Positions 1-10,027 of a stretch of DNA of 64,000 nt are shown piece after piece. Numbering within the stretch: position 1 is the stretch's first letter; every line of letters starts with the position of its first letter. A program made the translations under genes and the position numbers. The notes beneath the pieces were generated by a model. It saw only the letters and a list, made by a program, of their open reading frames with translations. It had not been told where the DNA came from and made no database searches. The stretch is taken from NCBI GenBank assembly GCA_010093995.1, contig ML992503.1, positions 2,186,919 through 2,250,918 on the forward strand. The letters are read 5' to 3'. This DNA comes from Elsinoe ampelina. Its lineage: Eukaryota.

Positions 1-477
1 GGAAACGGACGTGTCACCCAGGACTCACTCGGCGACCTGCTTCGCGCATGCGGACAGAACCCAACACTCTCTGAGATCTCCGACCTCGAGAAGTCCGTCG
101 GCTCAGATTTCGACTTTGATTCGTTCCAGAAGGTTTTGAACAGGCCCGGTGGTTTCCGTGACCCAGGCGAGCCGGAAGAATACTGCAGAGGTTTCCAGGT
201 GTTTGACAAGGAGATGACTGGATTCATTGGTGTTGGTCAGCTACGATACAGTATGTCACGAGAAGAAGAAATTGGACACGAAGAGCCAGGCTGACAATAC
301 ACGTAGTCCTCACAAACCTCGGAGAGAAGATGAGCGACGATGAGGTGGACGAGCTCCTCAAAGCCGTCGACACTAGCAGCGGCGAGATCAACTACATGGG
401 TAAGCAGGCTCTAGATCGGCAAGCAACGTTGGGACTGACATGCTACAGATCTTGTCAAGACAATCCTCGCCAACTAG
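1..477 (+). CDS. cdc4: Myosin light chain (Cdc4/Mlc1-like EF-hand protein), 5'-truncated by the window edge
   Basis: Spliced translation GNGRVTQDSLGDLLRACGQNPTLSEI...FQVFDKEMTGFIGVGQLRYILTNLGEKMSDDEVDELLKAVDTSSGEINYMDLVKTILAN*; GT-AG introns 251-306 and 400-448. Confidence 0.92.
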
Positions 478-605
478 ACGGAACGAAAAGCAATGTCTAT
501 ACTCTTAATGTTTCAGCGAGCACGATCGGCGTTGGGTCTCCTCCACAGTCATGACCTTTTGCATGACAACCAGATAGCCTTCCAATGAACCAATACCCTC
601 CATCA

Positions 606-1259
606 TCATACTGAGCCTCGCTCGTCCCTCGCAATCTCTCTTGCCAGCATCTCCGCCTCCTCCCTCATCACCTCCGCCGATCTATCCTTCCTCTCCTCGT
701 CCGTCGCAAACTTCCTTTTTGACTTGCCTTGCCGTTCCCTCAAGTGCCCTCCCACGTTCCCGCCTTCCCCTTCTAGTTCAGCATAGATTGCGTCTCCGCC
801 GCCCCGGTCATCCATGTCCCCCTCCCTCCTCGGAATGACATGGCAATGCACATGCGGGACGCTTTGTCCAGCAGCCAACCCATCCTGAATCGCCACGTTG
901 AAAGCTGTAGCGTTGAAGACTCTTTTGAGAGTTGGTTGAAGCTTTTGTACTGTGAGGAACAGATCGCTGATTTCCGCCGAGGATAACTGTGATAGATGCG
1001 GTACAACTCTGTGCGGGCAGACCAGGATGTGGCCTGGCAGCAAGGGGCGCAAATTGACCAGGGCAAAGGAGTGAGGCGTGCGGTGGAAGACCTATGGAGT
1101 CAGATGCGAGCATGTGAAACATTGTGTGGGCAAATAGGACGCAGGGGCATGATAGTGACGGGTACAGGAATCGAGAGATCAAGGAAACTTGAATCGTACT
1201 TGTGGTGTAACAGTGAATGACCCAAACCGCACGGCATTGCTCAGAGAAGGTGGCGGCAT
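606..1259 (-). CDS. HNT2: Bis(5'-adenosyl)-triphosphatase, Fhit/HIT family
   Basis: Exon 1 MPPPSLSNAVRFGSFTVTPQ, intron 1199-1092, then FALVNLRPLLPGHILVCP and the HIT motif QDGLAAGQSVPHVHCHVIPR. Confidence 0.9.
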
Positions 1260-1604
1260 GTCAGCCTCGAGCTGGGTATCGCCCATGGACAACAAATATT
1301 GAATCTAGGATTTTAGCACAGCCAACGTCTCGCTTGAAATCTTTATCGTGAGCTCTGCAGTAGCGTCAGAGATGGAGGAAGTTGGGAAGCAGAAAGTGCA
1401 GATCTAGGATGAGATGAGATGAGAGGTGTTGGCACGTGAAGCAAGTCAGAACTTCTGTCACATGTTTTTTCTCCAACCTCACAACTAACATTCAAATTCG
1501 AATCCTCACGACAACTCTTCTTTGGGGGCCGCGATTCCCTCAAAGCTGTCAACGGACTGCATCGATGTCATTCCACAAGCCATAGCACGACACAGTACTC
1601 CAAC

Positions 1605-2105
1605 ATGCCTGCCGAAATCCACACCTACCACTGCCCCTGCACTTCTCTCCTCTTCGCCAGCTCGACCCTTCTCACTTCTCTTCCTCAGCGCAAACTCGAC
1701 TCTACTACCATTCTTCCGGTCACGAGCTCCCCGACACCCATCTCCCCGACCAGCAATCCGCACTTTGCAACCCTCTACTCCAAGCTAGAAGAGCACATCT
1801 TCGACCCCTCTCCCCAGGACTCACACAACCCTCACGCGACCAACGGCAGCAGCGCAGAGAAAAGAGTCAAGCTAGACCAGAGTGTCAAGAGTGAGGAAGC
1901 CCTGCCGAAAGAGTTTGTCGCAAGTCTCGAGGATGGATTTGAGAAGCGCTACCTCTTGAGATGTGGCAAGTGTGAGGCGCCTTGGGGGTATCTGCTGGAC
2001 TGGGCTTCCTGGAGTCGCGGAGAAGGGAAGGAGGGGAGGAGAGAGGACGTGCTGTATGTGCTGAAAGGGGCGGTGGAAGAGACGGAAGAGATGGGAAGGG
2101 GTTGA
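1605..2105 (+). CDS. UPF0428/STEEP1 (CXorf56)-like protein
   Basis: N-terminal IHTYHCPC...LPQRKLD and C-terminal DGFEKRYLLRCGKC..WGY; family recognised from memory. Confidence 0.6.
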   Translation: MPAEIHTYHCPCTSLLFASSTLLTSLPQRKLDSTTILPVTSSPTPISPTSNPHFATLYSKLEEHIFDPSPQDSHNPHATNGSSAEKRVKLDQSVKSEEALPKEFVASLEDGFEKRYLLRCGKCEAPWGYLLDWASWSRGEGKEGRREDVLYVLKGAVEETEEMGRG

Positions 2106-2313
2106 ATGCAGCCATTCGCGAATGGGTGTGTTGTGAAGAAGTTATGAGCATAAGCTTTGCGCCGCCACTGCAGGGGACACAGACTTGGATGGCAGCGAAA
2201 GAGCGCAGAGCATCACGATGCTTGGGACCTGGAGGGAAGCTCTGGCGACTTCATTACTGGCACCTCATTACTACGTCCTGAACTGGCCATCGTCTCCAGG
2301 AATCGGGTATCGT

Positions 2314-3450
2314 TTAGCCCCTGTAGTACCTCGCCCACTTACTCGCCCCGTCCAACACCCCGAGAAACTCCCTCGCAAAGATCCTCTCCGCCTGCTCACC
2401 CGGATGCAACTCATCGAACCACAAATAACTATCTGGACTATTACTCCTCACACAAGTCCTATTCGCGGTACACAAATTCTCCACCCCCGTGGTACTCAAC
2501 GGCTCCGCGGTCCCATTCAAATACCTCGCGGGGTTGTAGTAGATATCACTGATCAACCCCTCCATATTAAACGTCGCCACGTTCGCCCCCTTGAAGTTCT
2601 TCTCCAACACAACCTCGACCGGAGTGCGATACTGGTAGATCTCGTTCACGGTGGCGACCTCCTCGGCCATATCCGCGGAGATGTTATTGATGGCCGCCGG
2701 CGCAGACGGCTTGTTCATCCAGTACTGGTTCGGCCCGAAGCCGCCTGCGTCTGCGCGCCCGTAGAGCGGAGAGAGCTGCAGCGGTGCGATGTTGAAGAGG
2801 ACGAAGTAGCGGGCGCCGCTGTCGTATAGGCGCTGCATTTGGGCGTAGACGCAGTCGGTGTAGGTGGTGAGGTTGGTGCCGGGGACTTGGGAGTTGGTGA
2901 GGAACGAGTTGTAGTCGAGGTCGTTGGTGCCGATCCAGATTGTGTAGACGGTGCGGGACGGGGGGATGTTGAGGAAGGGTTTGCCGGTTGAGGGGACTGT
3001 GTAGGCTTTGTCGGCTAGGTAGGCGGGGAGTTCGTAGGATTCAATGTCAGGGAAGTTGGCGTTGATGGCGGAGAAGAAGCGAGGGGAGATGTTGTTGGAG
3101 CACACGGCGCCAGAGACGGCGTAGTTGTAGATGTTGATGCCCGAGTATTGGTGGACGTACTGTGGCCACGGACGGCCGCCGGAAGCAGAGTTGTAGTTCT
3201 GCATGGTGGTCAGTGGGGACGGTCAAGCTTGTGGGGGTTCGCATACCGGAGGGTTCACCCATCCGACTGGCGGCGCTGAGCCGTTGTTGTTGATGAAGTA
3301 GCCGAGCCTGCTGTCGTCCGTATAGCTGTCACCAAAGGTAACGGCAGAAACGAATCTGTCTCTGCTCCATGGTCCTTTCTTGCCTCCCAGGGTAGCAGCG
3401 GCGGTCAGCTGCGCTGAGAGTGTCAGTCCCGCAAATGCGTGGAGAAGCAT
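2314..3450 (-). CDS. Secreted SGNH/GDSL acetylesterase (CE16-like)
   Basis: Signal peptide; block I FGDSYTD; NYAVSGAVCS; WIGTND; WFDELHP; intron ~3246-3199. Confidence 0.88.
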
Positions 3451-4750
3451 CTTGTCTCTGTACGTAGCTGAACAGATGGACGGCGAGAGAAAACGGAGCT
3501 CAGAGATCGTCCTTACATATATTCCATCCCATCAAGCAAGTTTTCACTTGCCGACATCACCGCCACCGGCACCGATCTTCCATGAGTCCATGGTGATCTC
3601 CGCATAATTTTTGTCACCAGGGTACGGCTAAATTACAGCTACTCGTGTGTTTTTAGGTGGAGTGTAGAGCTTTGGGGATGAAGTCCGCGGCTAATCAGGA
3701 TAGTTACGTCGATCGTCCTGTGGAAATTCAGGAGACTAGGCCGCAACAGGCAAGTGTACCATGTCCAAAAGTGCGGAGGCTTCGGGTGAGGGGAGCATTA
3801 TAGTCAGGAAGGTAGGCATGGATACAGACCGGTTGTGAGGGATCAACTATGGATCTTGCAGGATTTGACATTGGCAGCTGCAGCCCGGCTTGATTGTCGT
3901 GCAGCATATATTTTGATGGTCAGCCACTCGTATAGTTGTGACGTCCAGTCTAAGCTCAATTTGGATTGGCCACAATATTCAGTTGACTGTGGCTAGCTGA
4001 GCTCCGTGCATTTGCTGCTCAATATCGTCATTTCAGAAGCTTGATGGCCAGCAATTGGTCGTCCTATTTCACACTTGACAGACTCCGGTCTGGGGCCGGG
4101 CACCGCTTCCACCTGCTCGGAACGCGCCATGATGCAATGCAGTGTCTGCATATTCAATCTTTGCTGTGCCCAGCCATGTTGGAAGACCTTGAGTCGAGGC
4201 AGAGTCCAGATAAGGAAGTGCGTTCGATCGAGGCAGATGAGCAACGAGAGTGACAGGAAAGGGATTGCAAACTTCGGAGCTTTGTGTTATTGCCAAGCTG
4301 GCTGATGTCGTCGAGAATGCGGCTCCTATACCCACTGTCTTGATGGCATGGTGGTGATGCCGCGTGCGTGGCTGAATCTGATATTGTTCCTGCAGATCAA
4401 TGGGGAATGCCGATATCCCTTTGCCACGTCTGGATAGCCATGTGCGCTCGCAATCATGTAGCCGTAGTCGCTACAATCACTTGTATGAGATTTTGCATTA
4501 GACAAGAGCGGAATGTTCCTGGCTTACAGATTCCTGCTGGCATTATTGGCGTCGTCTCAACATGAGTTGTTGTTTGGTATCCTATTCGCCAGCTCGCCTC
4601 CCCGACTCCGTCTTTGGGCTAAGCATGCAGGATGCTGTATAAACGACAGTGCTTCTAGTTGCTCAATGCGTATGCCCACGTCGTCCGATATTTTCATCAA
4701 ATCTCCGGCGATTTGGTATAACAAGAAGTCAATGCCAAGATATGTGTTTA

Positions 4751-4784
4751 TTCTTGTGCCCAAAAATCGCGGGATAAGCTTGGC
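4751..4784 (+). repeat. Left TIR TTCTTGTGCCCAAAAATCGCGGGATAAGCTTGGC
   Basis: Exact reverse complement of 8275-8308. Confidence 0.97.
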
Positions 4785-4914
4785 AAGCCCTCCGCGAATT
4801 TGCGTGACCAGACACCAATTTACCCCTAAACAACACTCCTAACACGGTTTACACCCCCTATGAAGCTGTAATCAAGCTGGATAACTGACTGATATAGGAT
4901 TTGAGGGTGTACTA

Positions 4915-7023
4915 ATGTCCCTATCGACCGATATTTCCACCTAAGCTCGAATTGGCTATCAGCGCGCCCTAAACAGTTTACTTGACTTCTCTATGGTATT
5001 ACTACCACTAGACAGCTTAATCGAGAGTTCTAAGCAATCTCTAACTCCTCAGCCAGAGGGTGGTTATAAGATCGACAAAGAGAGGTCAACTGCATGTCCT
5101 GTCTAACGCGTAACACAATTGCGCACTTCGTCGGCTACTAGAAGATCGTCGCCGCTCTCGAACTTAGAGCAAACACCTACTTCGCTAAGCGATAGTAACA
5201 CTCGGTCAAGTGCTTAGAACGTTCAATTTCGAGACCCTCTAGCATTAGAGGAGCCTAATAAACACCCTCTAAGTAATTTACGTCGCTCTAGCTACTTAAT
5301 AGCTAGTAAGCCACTATCTACCTTTAAGCCTAAGCCTATCTATTTAAAACCGCCGACTAGTCGTAAGAGAAGGAAGCCTTAAGCTACAACTATAGAAACT
5401 AGTAAGGAGGAGGACGCGCCGGTTATAAAGGCCGTTAAAAAGACTCTGCCGAGACAGCCAAAAAAGAGAGCTAAGAATGCTAATAGTCTAAGAACCTGCG
5501 CTTATGCTAAGAGTAACCCCCGACAACCTCTTAGAGTACTATAAGATAGCGATATAAACAAACAAACACTATAAGGGGCTTTAGGGGGTCGGAAAGGTGC
5601 CTAGTGCTCTATTTCTAACTCCTTCGGTGCTTATAGTATTATGTCGTTGTCGCCGAGGAGTTAGTAGGCATTAAGCTAGTAGGAGGCTTTACTACTAGCC
5701 TCCTTGTAGCTGCGGGTCGTTAATTTCCTTTTGTAGTGGATTACTAAACTTAACAGAGATATAATTAGCAACGTAAAGAGTGCTAGAAACACTACTAAGA
5801 GTCTATTAGGCCTCTAGCTAGATTTAAGCCGCCTTGTCGACTGTACTGCCAGCGAGATAGGGGTCGAGTTACGTATTAAGGACTGTAATGCCGAGCTCTT
5901 TAACTATATAAACACTCTTAAACTATGCGCCGTCTTTAAGGACTTTAGTGCTCTCGACTCTTTCTATTATAGGCTTAAGTAGCAGCTGCAATTTTATAGC
6001 AATATTAAGGTCTAGTACCTTAAGCTTGTTGTTAGAGAGTTATAGATTACACCGGCGGTAGAGGTGCTAGTTACGCTAGTTACGCTAAGCGCTTCTCTAG
6101 AGGTGTTATAATCTTAGTAGTTAGCGCCTTCTCCGCTAACTAAGTATATGCCACCGGATGCTTAAATAAGCTAGAATAACCTTAGGGAGGTGCGCACTAA
6201 CTTAGCACGTAATTACTAGGCTAAGATGCACTTCCGAGACTAATTCTAGCTTAATATAAGAAGTTTTTAGAGTTATACTAGCGTGTACTATCTAAACAAG
6301 CGTCAAGTAGCATGCTTCTCTATAGACAACGCTAAGTTAATTATATACTATTCTATTACTAAGGACATAGCTTTTGCATGGCGTAAGGACCTCTGCGCTA
6401 GCAATTCGACTATCTAGCAGCCTTCAAAGTACGTGATTAAGCAAATTTAGAAGGCCTATTACCGGATTTAGAAATAACATAACTAACGCTAAGGTATTAA
6501 AGGCTAGTTCTTCTCCTCTTTCTCTAGGGCTCTACTATACCCCCTCTACTCTCTCCCTCTCCACTAACAATTCTTTATAAATAGCTATAGTCCTATAGCA
6601 CCTCTTCCGACCTCTACTAACACCTCTACTAACTCTTATTATCTAGCTTAACGTAGTTCGAGGTTACTACGCTCTTAAAGTAATAGATTCTCCTTGTGTG
6701 CTAAGGGACTTAACTCTCTAGCCTACCTCTGCTAATTTTTTAAGTTTCTTAAGCATAAAAATCCGGCTTACTAAGCACAGCTTAGTGCCACCTTTACAGA
6801 CCTCGAGCGTGGCTATTAGAACGTAAGGCTACTTTAAAAGGCATTAAAGGACGACGTTAAAGAGGCTATACTACAATTTAGCCTTTGTAGCCTTATCTAG
6901 TCGTCTCTCCGGAGGTTTATACGTAAGCATTTACCACCTATCGATAGAGCACTATAGAACGACGCGTAGCGTAACAATAAGGCTAATATTAAGACTAATA
7001 TAGATAATAACGAGCTTATATAG
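4915..7023 (+). pseudogene. RIP-inactivated ~700-codon accessory ORF of the DNA transposon, function unknown
   Basis: One frame from ATG 4915 to TAG 7023 interrupted only by TAA/TAG; low-complexity N-terminus with SRKRRKP, Cys/His-like motif at ~6268-6380, acidic tail after de-RIP. Confidence 0.75.
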
Positions 7024-7037
7024 TCCTTCTATTAATA

Positions 7038-8080
7038 TTATACATTTACTGTACAACTTCTAAAGATAGCCTTCTAATTCACACTATTACTAAACCTATT
7101 AGCCGCCTCTTGCACAAAGTCTACAAAATCGCTGTAATACTCTAGTAATAGCTACTCCGGCGCAAGGTGGCAGTAACGGCGCATCTACTACTTTAATAGG
7201 TAGAAGCTCTTCTCTATTGGATTAAGATCTAGTAAATAGGCTAGTAGGAAGATAATAGCAACCTCGTAACTACGAGCAATATATATAAGTACCTAAAGTA
7301 TTAGCTTAGCGCTTACTTATATTCGATTTTGCTTACTTCACGCCGGTAAATCGAGTAATTATCTAGCACTACTACTGACCGCGGGCCTAGAAAAGGTATA
7401 CACTATAGCATTAGGCAGTTCTAAAACCAATCCTTAAAGATCTCGGCGGTAATTAAGCCTTAGAAGACTATAGGATCCTTTAACTACCCCTCCTTAGTAA
7501 TGGCTAGAAGCACTAAGAAGCGCTTACTAATATGCCGGCCTATCCGATCCGCTACTAGCACGCCTTATGTAGCACGACCTTAGCGCCTTATTAAGCACCT
7601 TTCGCTTACTATAGCCTTGTTAACAAAGACGAGCTAGTTGCTCTAATAGTGCTTAACGTCCTTACGCTAAGTACTACGTAATCCCTTGTCCCTCTAGCTA
7701 GCAATCCGACCTATCACCTTAAGTGGCAAATCTCGAGAAAGGAGGCTACGACTAACAGTAGATTATAACACTAACACTCCCTATTTAAGCTTAAGGTACT
7801 CTACGTACTTGTCTAAGTACATATTAGGCTTATCTATTGCAAGCCGCTTAAGATCATTAAGCATCTCGTCAGTAAGGGTCCTTAGCTGACCCCTATCTTA
7901 GAGGGCTATTAGAAGCTTAATATAGCTAGTATTATGCCAATTTTTGCGCCTCTAGCTAATAGCGCTACGTAAGAGGTAAGGCATAAGCCTATACACGCTA
8001 TCTATTGTCCTTCTATCCTTAAAAAAGGCTTAGAGATCGCGTTAATCTTGGATAGATAGCTAAGATAGTTACGGCGCTAT
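7038..8080 (-). pseudogene. RIP-inactivated DD34E transposase (DDE_3/IS630-Tc1 type)
   Basis: LVFVNKA (=FVDEA), PRSVVVLDNYSIY, intron 7336-7293, IFLLAYLLDLNPIEKSF (=FLPAYSPDLNPIE); 34 residues between the second D and E; start codon probably ATG>ATA. Confidence 0.9.
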
Positions 8081-8274
8081 AAGATAGCAATCCAGCTCGC
8101 GTCTAGTTCGTGATCCGAGATAGGGTCCAATTCGCGCTAGATGGATGTCTAACTCGGCCTCTAAGATAGATTAATAGTATAGACCAGTTCGGCTTCAAAT
8201 GGATGCGAGATGGATGAATAATTCACGAAATGGGCAAATATTGGTGGATTTTAGTGGGTGCAGCTATCTAAAAC

Positions 8275-8308
8275 GCCAAGCTTATCCCGCGATTTTTGGG
8301 CACAAGAA
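8275..8308 (-). repeat. Right TIR
   Basis: GCCAAGCTTATCCCGCGATTTTTGGGCACAAGAA followed by TA. Confidence 0.97.
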
Positions 8309-8521
8309 TATCGATGGCCGGGCCAGGCCTGGCACGTGCCAGGTTCAAAACTGTTGTGCGGTTCAACGTCACCCTCTCGCCTCATCTATTTCGTGTTTCA
8401 TCGATGGGGTCCTCACCCGATAGCGCGACTAATCCGCTGTACAGACGCCATGCTAGGTGCATCCAAGATATCGCATCCGCTCAGATGTTCAGTCACAGAG
8501 CGATAGTGAACGACAATACTG

Positions 8522-10027
8522 TCAGAATGGACGTTTCTTGAGGGCTACGACCGGAGAGATGGGCTTCATGAACCCGTCACGGATATCATCGTCTCCCTGG
8601 CCCACCGATTCTTTGGCCTCGAAAGGAGCTTGCCGTGTGTAGCCTTTTGGCGGACGTCGAGCGATAATGACACTCCTTGCATAGATCAGCATGATACCAC
8701 TGCTTGCAGCGACGAGGACAGAGGATACCACTCGATATAGGCTTGAACATCAGCCCTTCGTAGATCAGCGACAGCGCGGCGCAAGAGGTTGTCAAAGTCA
8801 TCTTTGGACATGTGCTGGACACCACAAGCAAGCCACAGACCTAAACTCGCAAGACTCTGTACGACTAGGTCAAATGTCTGCTCTTTCAATGTGATGTCGC
8901 CTATCACTGTAAGCCTCGAAGTTCCAACTGGAGCTGATACTCACGATCGGCCTGCCATGCACCAATATGCCATCGATGTATTGTGCGCGATATATCCACA
9001 TAACCGACAGAGTCCAGGATGGAAGCGGCATGCTCAACGAAGGAACCGTCACGACCCAACATGTTCATACCTGTTCGGTACATCTCGATCCAATCTTGAA
9101 GTCCTTTCGCATTCCTGGCATCGTCACCGATAAGTCGACCCGTCCTCGATTGTATATTGCCAAAATTAGCCTCGATGATTTGGATCCAGCCACCTCTGAT
9201 CAATAGGCCCCTGAGCTCCCTCAACAGGGGTCGCCAGCGTCTGTGCGAGATGCCTTCTGTCAAGCATCGGATATTTACCAAGTCGAAATTGGCGACTGGA
9301 TCGTACACCTCCAAAGCATTCCTTCTGGCACGGTAGAGTGGGCTTTGTTGAAGAGAGTCGTTTTCCAAGTGATCTTCGCTGGAATCCTGCCGTCAGGAGA
9401 CTCGGTAGTGGGATCGACGCGGTCGGTCATCAGATGGTCGTCGCGTACGGCATCACCAGTCAATGAGATATCCGGGTCGAGGTTGTTCGATCCAGACTCT
9501 TCCTCTTCGTCCAAATCATCCTGAACATCATCGTCGAAATTATCAGTATACACGTCAACGTTTGTGATCTGGAAGGTATCAGCGCTTCTTCCGGTCCAGA
9601 CAGTCGAGGACCCTGCAAGATCACGACATGTTCCAGCCCAGCAAGTTAAGGACAACGTACCCTACATGTCTCTCCATCCTCGTCCTCGGACTGCCCATCA
9701 CAGTATTCCTCGATGTCGTCGCTCCAGAATCCTGGTCCGCCTCCGCAGTCGAGAATCCTTCTAGGTCGTTGGTCTCTTGTGAACACCAGCGTATCGAATC
9801 TAGCGATCAAATGCCGATTCACTAGTTCGAGCCGAGCCTCTTCAGTCTAGACACCATGGAATCAATACTCGTTCGTGGACTTCCCGATTAAAAGATCGCT
9901 TGCCATGTTCGATTGATCCAGGACTTACTTGATCGACTGGGAGAAAGTTGGCGCCTTCACGCAGCGAATACCCGTGAAACTTCCTTCCGAAATGAACCTC
10001 AGTTTCTTGATCGATGGTTGGCATCAT
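8522..10027 (-). CDS. Class I SAM-dependent methyltransferase, LaeA-like/Methyltransf_23 type; about 6 exons
   Basis: FGRKFHGYSL..FLPVDQ|TEEARLEL..RILDCGGGPGFW..FDLVNIRCLTEGI..RWRPLLRELRGLLIRGGWIQIIE; start codon uncertain. Confidence 0.75.

Larger units (their letters stand above)
4751..8308 (-). mobile_element. RIP-degraded Tc1/IS630 (DD34E, Ant1-like) DNA transposon with two convergent ORFs
   Basis: Perfect 34-bp TIRs flanked by TA at 4749-4750 and 8309-8310; TpA-rich interior; recoverable transposase. Confidence 0.93.

Noticed and set aside
3993..4842. Short ORFs left of the transposon as a gene split by the insertion
   Set aside because: Rejoining the empty site gives no long or motif-bearing frame in the frames I checked.
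4915..7023. Transposon ORF2 as a Fanzor/TnpB RNA-guided nuclease
   Set aside because: No RuvC-I/II/III or terminal CxxC-CxxC pattern seen after manual de-RIP, and no room for a guide RNA between its stop and the transposase; a profile search should confirm.
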